Below, in pieces: positions 44,699 to 52,615 of a DNA stretch of 64,000 nt. Origin of the DNA: Rebecca billardiae RCC1528 (lineage: Eukaryota; Protista; Haptophyta); contig OZ251233.1 in the NCBI GenBank assembly GCA_965240325.2, positions 2,108,001 to 2,172,000 of the forward strand, in the 5' to 3' direction. Made by a program: the position numbers and the translations under genes. Under the pieces are notes generated by a model. It was not told the DNA's origin and made no database searches. It worked only from the letters and a program-made list of their open reading frames with translations. The first letter of the stretch is position 1. The number at the start of each line of letters is the position of its first letter.

Positions 44699-45136
44699 TC
44701 ATCGCCCACGGAGCGCGCTAGGCGGCGCGCTCACTCCCCAAGCCCCTCTTCTGCACTGACTGCAGCTGCGCGCCGCTTGGCCGGCGCGCGGCGACGCGTA
44801 CTACGACCTCATCCTCATCCAGGCGCCCACGCGGGCGCACGGGGGCGACAGCCGCGGCTGCCGCTTGCCGGAGCTACTCGCCGCTAGGTCGGCGGGCGGC
44901 GACATCGACTACGACCTCACCCTCATCCAAGTGCTCCAGAAGGCGCTCGGCCGCGGCGGCATCTGCCGTCGCCGCCGCGTGCCCCAGGCCGAGGCGGTGC
45001 TCCATCCCGGCCCCGCTCCCGTAGGGGGGCAGGGCTGGGGGTGGCGCACTGTCTGACCTGGACGGAAGGCGCGGACGCATTCTATGTGTCTGTTGCACTC
45101 TGAGCCTGACGCTTGTCCGATGCTGCCACGTCGTTA
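44699..45136 (+). repeat. TA-flanked repeat unit, copy A (degenerate coding-like fragment)
   Basis: Near-identical to 48678-49113 apart from several substitutions and indels; bounded by (TA)n tracts. Confidence 0.9.
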
Positions 45137-45148
45137 TGTATATATATT

Positions 45149-48100
45149 TGTCAAAGGAATCGCCAATCTACAGTGATTTCCAATTTCCAATCCAACATTT
45201 TACTCGCAGTCACACAGTGGCGGCGCGACCGCTGCGGCGGCGCTCGCACAAAATCCTCCAAAATCAACCTGAACCTCATCCTAAAATACAGCAGGACAGC
45301 ATGGCTGGCGGCGGCATCTGGAAGCATTCTAGATGCTTCCGAAACTCGTGAACGAAACATGAGCCGATCACTCAAAACACGCTGAGCTCACCACCGCAAA
45401 AAAGAGCCGAAGCTCGTCCACGACCTCGCGACCGTCAAGCCTCGAGACGCGTTCCCTGACATGCTAGCACGGTGCTGGGAGAACTTGGGCAAGGATGGAG
45501 ACGACGAGAACAGCGGCAAGGACGTGAACGGCCATCAGCCCGCCCCAGTTGCTCCCCTCATTGGGTTGAAGCCAGGCGTGGCAGAGCGCGCGGCATTGCC
45601 GCGCTGCTCATCGGCGATCGCGCGCAAGCGCACGCCAGACTACCTCGCCGCTGCCCTGAGGGGCATGCAGGCTGAGAAGAACCGGCAAGGCGAGAAGCTC
45701 ACGCTTCTCCGCAAGCCCATCTCCAGCGCCTCCGGGCCTGGCAACATCGCTGACCTGAACTCAGGCAGCATCGTGTCGTATGCGCGCAATGCTGCATCGC
45801 ACGCAAGGCCTCGAGCCGACATCAAGGATCACCTTGAGGAGGAGGTTCGCGCACAGCGCGGTGAGGAGGAGCGTTGCCGCTCGCATCCCCCGCCATCGCG
45901 CCACTCCATCCGCACGCACGTCGTTGCGCAGGGGATCTCAACAACTACCGCCCGGGACTCTGCGCCCGCGAGCGCGGTTCAAGAGCGCGCGGCTGAGAGC
46001 CCGCAGCTCAAGGAGTGCCTTGCGGCCTCCGAGTCATCGAACGAGGTCACCGAGCGTTCCGGGGCAGATGTAGCGCTCGACGCTGCTGCCGCTGATGCCG
46101 CTCCGACCGTCGAGGCCCTCGAGCCTGCCAACGCTGCTCGGCGTGCTGGCCTTCTGGCCGCCGCCAATGACAGCGCGGTCGTGACCGCAGTCAGTCTGCA
46201 GCCTCGCTCGCACGACTCTGTGTCTGACTCTGAGTCTGACCGATCGAACGATGACATTAACACCGATGAGTGCGACGCAAACGACCTGTATGGTCTGGCA
46301 GAGCAAACTATGCTCCAAGATGCTACGACACGTGACTCTGTCACAGCGAGCTCAAGCATCAAGTCAGCGGCCGCATTTATTATTGATGCGCCTGACCCAA
46401 ACAAATACGTTTACCCCAAAATTACCAGCCTCACGATGGCTTCCGAAGCCGAGCTGCTCGCCACGAGCGACACAAGCAGCCGCGAGATGACCGCCGCAGA
46501 GACGGCAGAGTCCTCGTCTGGCACGTATCGACTCGCGTCGAACGTAGGAAGCGCATGCGATGCAGGGGGGGCATCATACACCTGCTTGACGGCAAAGCCG
46601 CAGCAAAACCAAGTTGGCGAGCGCGACGCGCGTGCGCATGCATCAGCTGCGTCAGCCATCACAACGCCACACTCTTGCAAGGAAGAGTATTCCGCCGAAG
46701 CTGCCGCGGATGCACATGCATCACCGCTGGACAGAACGAGCGTGAAGAAGCCCAAAGAAGGCACCACAGCCTCGACGAGGGTCACTCCTCGCTCGAAGGT
46801 AGAGCGCGAATCGCCACAGAGCGCGCGCGACACATCGACCAATGCACTTGAGTCGAAGAAACGTGACTGGATAGTCATCGAAGGAGGAGTCACAGACTCT
46901 AATCCAACCAAGAAGGAACGTGTGTTCATGGCACGCGAATCCTCGGCAGGAGTGGATACACCCGCCACACACAAGCTGACACAGTCGGCTCTGAAATCCA
47001 AGCGCGCGGTACACAGCGCGATACGGGATGCACTCGCAGAAGTGAGCACCTACTACAAGGGCAAATCCTCAGATGTCACACCGGACATAATGGAGCCCAA
47101 GGATAGCAAGCTATCCGGCTTTCAACTCATTGCCAAAGACAAATGGGTGAAAGACGCAGCCAAAATCGTTCCATACAAGGCTGACAACGCTGACGCCAAC
47201 AAGATCGGATCGGTCTACGATCGATCTGCGGCAGCGATATTCAAGCAGCTGAAGGACTCTATCGAGCCTCAGTTATTCGCCTATCTGGAATCGAAGCTGC
47301 ACATCAGCGATCCGACCAAGAACTACTTGGATCTGGCGCTGCTGCTACAGATATTTGAGCGCGAGCTCAAGATCACAACTATGTCCGAACTCAGGGATGA
47401 ATTCCTGAAGTTATACCCGACAAAGGTGTCGCCCATTGGCGCATCGGACATTATCAAGAAATCCGTCGAGCAAGTCCGCTCATCTCGATATGGGAATCTG
47501 GACGATGCTACGATGTTGGTCTTCAAGCTGTATAACAGCATGCACGACCATCCCCAAGTCTACGAGTCAGTTATCTCGCACTTCGGAGCGCTCACGCCCG
47601 AGCAATGTGTGGATAACACTGACCAGATAATGGCCCAGATGGAAGATGCCTACAAACGGCACGGCTCAATGAAGCTACTCCATCAGAACAATACCAAGGG
47701 GAGAGAGACCGAAAATTATTCCAAGATACGCCAAAATGCCGATTATCAGCAAGGCACGCGGCGACGCGGTGACTTTGAGGGCGCCGAAGTCTTCGCCGCT
47801 CAGGCCCAAAAGGCTCCAGCCAATGGCGAGAGCGGGCCGAATAACTCGGACACCGGCAAACGGTGCACTCACTGTGGTCTCAAGAACCATACTGCCCAGC
47901 AGTGTTGGAAGCTCCACCCAGAGCTACGCCCCAAGGCCAACAATTACAACAAAGGCAAAAACAAGGGAGCCAACAAATTTCCCAAGGAGCGTATCCATTT
48001 CCTGGATATTCCTGCTCCGGATGCCTATGATTGACTATCAAGGCAGGGCATGACCCAATAACAAGGTCCAAAATCAAGGCCAAAGAGTGAACATTTGGTG

Positions 48101-48612
48101 CAAATAAGCCCAGGACTGACTCGGGTTACCCAAAACCGTCACACGGAAGTCCCAGCACATGACCCGTATCCTGGCATTGGCAACCATTACTGACTCCAAT
48201 TCACTCATGCACACAGATGCACAAACAATACCAAGCCCAAAATCACTCATAATCCAAGCTTAGTCCTCACAGACGAGCGCATATTGGATTGAGGGGGGGT
48301 GTCAAAGGAATCGCCAATCTACAGTGATTTCCAATTTCCAATCCAACATTTTACTCGCAGTCACACAGTGGCGGCGCGACCGCTGCGGCGGCGCTCGCAC
48401 AAAATCCTCCAAAATCAACCTGAACCTCATCCTAAAATACAGCAGGACAGCATGGCTGGCGGCGGCATCTGGAAGCATTCTAGATGCTTCCGAAACTCGT
48501 GAACGAAACATGAGCCGATCACTCAAAACACGCTGAGCTCACCACCGCAAAAAAGAGCCGAAGCTCGTCCACGACCTCGCGACCGTCAAGCCTCGAGACG
48601 CGTTCCCTGACA
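45149..48612 (+). mobile_element. Gag-only (pol-less) Ty1/copia-type LTR retrotransposon, very recent insertion
   Basis: Identical 313-bp LTRs at 45149-45461 and 48300-48612 (TGTCA...TGACA). 5-bp TSD ATATT at 45144-45148 and 48613-48617. PPT GAGGGGGGG at 48291-48299. GC is much lower than in host genes. Confidence 0.95.
45461..48034 (+). CDS. gag: Gag-like protein (857 aa) with a CCHC zinc knuckle
   Basis: CTHCGLKNHTAQQCWKLHPELRP (47864-47905 and following) is a copia-type CX2CX4HX4C knuckle. No protease, integrase, RT or RNase H motifs follow. Confidence 0.85.
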   Translation: MLARCWENLGKDGDDENSGKDVNGHQPAPVAPLIGLKPGVAERAALPRCSSAIARKRTPDYLAAALRGMQAEKNRQGEKLTLLRKPISSASGPGNIADLNSGSIVSYARNAASHARPRADIKDHLEEEVRAQRGEEERCRSHPPPSRHSIRTHVVAQGISTTTARDSAPASAVQERAAESPQLKECLAASESSNEVTERSGADVALDAAAADAAPTVEALEPANAARRAGLLAAANDSAVVTAVSLQPRSHDSVSDSESDRSNDDINTDECDANDLYGLAEQTMLQDATTRDSVTASSSIKSAAAFIIDAPDPNKYVYPKITSLTMASEAELLATSDTSSREMTAAETAESSSGTYRLASNVGSACDAGGASYTCLTAKPQQNQVGERDARAHASAASAITTPHSCKEEYSAEAAADAHASPLDRTSVKKPKEGTTASTRVTPRSKVERESPQSARDTSTNALESKKRDWIVIEGGVTDSNPTKKERVFMARESSAGVDTPATHKLTQSALKSKRAVHSAIRDALAEVSTYYKGKSSDVTPDIMEPKDSKLSGFQLIAKDKWVKDAAKIVPYKADNADANKIGSVYDRSAAAIFKQLKDSIEPQLFAYLESKLHISDPTKNYLDLALLLQIFERELKITTMSELRDEFLKLYPTKVSPIGASDIIKKSVEQVRSSRYGNLDDATMLVFKLYNSMHDHPQVYESVISHFGALTPEQCVDNTDQIMAQMEDAYKRHGSMKLLHQNNTKGRETENYSKIRQNADYQQGTRRRGDFEGAEVFAAQAQKAPANGESGPNNSDTGKRCTHCGLKNHTAQQCWKLHPELRPKANNYNKGKNKGANKFPKERIHFLDIPAPDAYD

Positions 48613-48644
48613 ATATTATAGAGCTAGCACGGATATGCTGCATA

Positions 48645-48677
<33 letters not shown>

Positions 48678-48680
<3 letters not shown>

Positions 48681-49113
48681 TCGCCCAGAGCGCGCTAGGC
48701 GGCGCGCTCACTCTCCATTCTCCAAGCCCCTCTTCTGCAGCTGCGCGCCGCTTGGCCGGCGCGCGGCGACGCGTACTACGACCTCATCCTCATCCAGGCG
48801 CCCACGCGGGCGCACGGGGGCGACAGCCGCGGCTGCCGCTTGCCGGAGCTACTCGCCGCTAGGTCGGCGGGCAGCGACATCGACTACGACCTCACCCTCA
48901 TCCAAGTGCTCCGGAAGGCGCTCGGCCGCGGCGACATCTGCCGTCGCCGCCGCGTGCCCCAGGCCGAGGCGGTGCTCCATCCCGGCCCCGCTCCCGTAGG
49001 GGGCAGGGCTGGGGGTGGCGCACTGTCTGACCTGGACGGTAGGCGCGGACGCATTCTATGTGTCTGTTGCACTCTGAGCCTGACGCTTGTCCGATGTGAC
49101 TGCCACGTCGTTA
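48678..49113 (+). repeat. TA-flanked repeat unit, copy A'
   Basis: Second copy of 44699-45136, between (TA)n tracts at 48648-48678 and 49112-49136. Confidence 0.9.
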
Positions 49114-50183
49114 TATATATATATATATATATATATGTCTAGCCGTCCTCGAAGCGCCTGCGCCATCCAGATGCAGCGAGGAGGCGAGGCACACGCCGGG
49201 CAGGGCGGAGCCACGCTGCGAGATACCAGACTCTATACATTGAATAAGGGATTTTTGTTCCTCGGAAACAAAGTGCGAGCGGCACAGCTTGGAAGATGCA
49301 GCTCGAGAGCCGCCAAGCCGCACGAGAGCGAGGCACGAGGCACCATCGTGCAGAGGCGGGCGCCCTGAAAGATGCAGGCCCAGAACAGCTGCAGCCATCA
49401 GGACAGTGGGCGCTTCCGAAACGAAGGGCGTCGTCCGCTGCGTGAGCGAGAGAGACACAGGGCCGCGTCGGTCGGCTCGGTGCCAGATGAAAGAATCCAG
49501 GCCACCAATTGGCTGTCCAGAGCCACCATGCCAACCCGCTCAAAGCTCAGGAGCAGCACACGGCAAGTTAGCTAGTTCTGGGCCGTTGTGCGCGAGCACA
49601 GAGCAGGCTCGAAAGACCCTCGTGGCACGAGAAGAGGGTGGCCAAGATGGCAGCCGGACTTGCGCTCGGCCGCCTGCCTCGGGCCGATTGGCAGGCAGGT
49701 GTTGATACCATACGGCGCATTGCGCTCCCACCGTCCTCTTAGACAATCAGTTCATTATTGTGCCAATAACCCCACATATATATATCGTCGTCAGTAACTT
49801 TAGCAGTAGAAGCGCGATGTAAGCACATGCGCTCGGCGGAGGTGTGACCGCCATCCGATTCGTCTATTTTATAATAATGACACTTCAGCAGGCGGCCGTC
49901 GCCCCCGCCGGCCCGCTGGGTACAGCCGTACAGCGTCGGCGCTGATCAATCACGGTCACGGATCATATATCGCTGCGCGCGGTTGTCTGCTGTGCCAATG
50001 AGGCGGATACCTCTTGTGCGGGCTGGCCACTGGCGGACGTCCACGGTATCGAGCATTGCAGGCGAGGGCACCGACGCGCCTCCCGTGCGCGCAGTGCCGG
50101 TGCGGCCAGCGGGCTGCGCGCACGCGCACTCAGGCCCCGCGTCAAGCACGCCGTAGCACCGCGCGCCACGCCCAGGCTTCGGC

Positions 50184-50471
50184 TCAATCGGCCGGCTTGC
50201 GATTGGGGTCGCGCTTGCCAGGGAAGTCGGGGATGGCCCTATTTTCCCAGCTGTCGATGTTGATTCTCCCCGTCAGAATGGCCAGCTCCTGCTCTGGATC
50301 GAACTTCGTGCGCTTGATGGTCTCCTTGCCCCGCGCTCGCTTCGCCTCGTCGAAGTAGCTCTGCCGCCCTCGGACGATCTCACTCAGCCAGACTGAGCCA
50401 AGGCCCATGAAGGTGAGGAAGGGCAAGCCCACGAAGAGGAAGGATGGCCGCCTTCTCTTCGCCGCTGACAT
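50184..50471 (-). CDS. COX16: Cytochrome c oxidase assembly protein COX16
   Basis: FLFVGLPFLTFMGLGSVWLSEI TM segment, then FDPEQE and DSWENRAIP motifs; 95 aa. Confidence 0.82.
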   Translation of the reverse strand: MSAAKRRRPSFLFVGLPFLTFMGLGSVWLSEIVRGRQSYFDEAKRARGKETIKRTKFDPEQELAILTGRINIDSWENRAIPDFPGKRDPNRKPAD

Positions 50472-50592
50472 CGCTGACCGCGCGCGGAAACAGCCGAGAC
50501 GCGTCCACGCGGCGCGAGCAGCAGATTCGCGCCAGCCCACCGGCACGGGACAGCCTCGCCTCCGCTCGGCTCGGCCGCATTCAGCAGGGACG

Positions 50593-51597
50593 ATGGCGGC
50601 CGTCATCACGCTCGCGCTGCTCAGCCATGCTGCACCTGCCGTGGGCACGACCACTGCGGGCGCCGTCGCGCAGGCGGAGCGCCTTCTGCGCACGTACGAT
50701 CCGCTCCTTGGGGCCGCCTCGCGCCTCTTCGCCCCGCCCACGCGCGACGCGTTCGTCGCCATCTACGCGTGGTGCCGCCGCGCGGACCAGATCGTCGACG
50801 CGCCAGAGGGCTCGCCGGCCGAGGTGCTCGCGCAGCTGCGAGCGCGGCGGGAGGCGCTGCGCGGGCTGTTCGCCGGTGAGCCGGTGGACCCGCTCGACGC
50901 CTTGCTGCAGCGCACGTGCGCGCGCTACCCCGCGCTGCGCGAGGAGCTCTTCACCGCCATGCTGGACGCGATGGAGGCAGACGCGCAGCCGGTCGTCCGG
51001 TACGAGACGTGGCCGGAGCTCGAGCGGTACTGCTACGGCGTGGCCGGCGTGGTGGGCGAGATGTCGCTGCCTCTGCTGCTCGAGGAGCACCGCGAGGACG
51101 CGGTCAAGCCCGCCGTCGCGCTCGGGAACGCCATCCAGCTGTGCAACATCCTGCGCGACCTGCGCACTGACGCCGCGCTCGGCCGGCTCTATCTGCCCGC
51201 TGAGGACCTGCGCCGCTTCGGGCTGGACGAGGGCGACATCTTCGCCGCGCTCGGGCGCCAGGACCCCGCCTGCGGGAGCGTTCGCGAGCTCATGCTCGCA
51301 CAGACGCACCGCGCGCGCGCGCTGATCGCCGATGGCGTCGAAGGCATCCGCATGCTCCCCCAGAGCGTGCGGTTTGCAGTGCGCTCGATCGCGGAGCTGC
51401 ACCTCGCGCTGCTCGACAGGCTGGACGAGTACGAAGATCGGCCGTTCGGCGAGCGCGTCAAGCTCTCCGCGGGCGAGAAGGCCGCGGTCATCGCGCGCAC
51501 CTGGCTGCAGATGACGACCGCGAGCGTGGCCCCTGCGGCGGCACCCCCGTCGGGTGCTGAGCCGGAGCCCAGGGCTGGCGCCGGCGCCAACAAATGA
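50593..51597 (+). CDS. PSY: Phytoene/squalene synthase family protein (divergent phytoene synthase)
   Basis: AIYAWCRRADQIVD, YETWPELERYCYGVAGVVG and LGNAIQLCNILRDLRTDAALGRLYLP.EDL..FG; short signal-like N-terminus. Confidence 0.85.
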   Translation: MAAVITLALLSHAAPAVGTTTAGAVAQAERLLRTYDPLLGAASRLFAPPTRDAFVAIYAWCRRADQIVDAPEGSPAEVLAQLRARREALRGLFAGEPVDPLDALLQRTCARYPALREELFTAMLDAMEADAQPVVRYETWPELERYCYGVAGVVGEMSLPLLLEEHREDAVKPAVALGNAIQLCNILRDLRTDAALGRLYLPAEDLRRFGLDEGDIFAALGRQDPACGSVRELMLAQTHRARALIADGVEGIRMLPQSVRFAVRSIAELHLALLDRLDEYEDRPFGERVKLSAGEKAAVIARTWLQMTTASVAPAAAPPSGAEPEPRAGAGANK

Positions 51598-52615
51598 ATA
51601 ATGATTTCTATGCATGATTATAAATATCCTCGTCGGAGGCTGCTTCGCAACCCGTAACAGCCCGAACACCGTCGCCGTTACTAAGCAATCGGGAACTCGG
51701 TAGCCACTCGGGCTAACTCGGCTTGATGGCACGCCGGCACGTTCACGGACCACCCGCGGTCCGAGTCCGACTGCTTGCGGAGCTGCCGAGCAGACACTCA
51801 GCAGACAGTCTCAACAGTCCGACGCCATCCCGAGGCAAGCAGTGGTCACTGCAGTGCGCGTCCATACGCACGGTGGCAGCTGGCTCTTCAACGGCGGTCG
51901 CGCGTGGGCATGTGCCGCCCAAAGGCGCGGCGAGAGCGCAAGCAAGAGCGAAGCGCCACGTAGGAGAGCGCTGCGTGCCGTCCCGGTCAGCGGGCACCCA
52001 AGCGCGCGCGCAGCTTCCACATAATTGCGAGCCAGAATCTGCGTCCTGACAGCAGGAGAGTTCGCTGCTTCAGCGTGAGGCCACGGGCGAAGCGCGATGA
52101 TCAACCTCCACGCACTCGCGGCACTGCGGAATGGGAGGAAGCCTCACGCCCGTGGACGTTCACGACGGGCGCGGCGGAAGCGGGAGCGTGATCAGCGATC
52201 TGGAGATACTAGTACTAGTACTGGTGTATGGGGGTATTGTACCACCATCGAGATTGGCTGCAGATAAGGTATGTGATCCGTTTAAAAAGCACGATTGATA
52301 TCATCGGTGTGAGACCCCGTCTCATTAGAATATGAAAGTGCGACAATGCCGCTCAGCCGGTACTTCATCTAAGCATGATATGGCTTGTAACACTCCCATA
52401 ATAGTATATATATATATATATGTACATACGATATGTACATACGATAGTACAGCAGATTGATGTGATTCGCCAATCGTTTTAAACGGTTTGGAACGTTAAA
52501 GGTCACGGTGTCCGGGGCGGGAACGTTGTCTACTTGTCTATCGTCATAGATCTACTCATCGCTCGACAGCGCGGGGTGCTGTTGATTGGAGGGAGCCAAG
52601 AGGGGGCGGGCGCCG

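Noticed and set aside
45359-45461. LTR-internal ATG (MSRSLKTR-stop) in frame with gag, suggesting readthrough
   Set aside because: No readthrough context is evident and gag has its own ATG; it may simply be a uORF.
48035-48299. Frameshifted pol after gag
   Set aside because: No D(S/T)G protease, integrase or RT motif is recognisable, and the space is too short.
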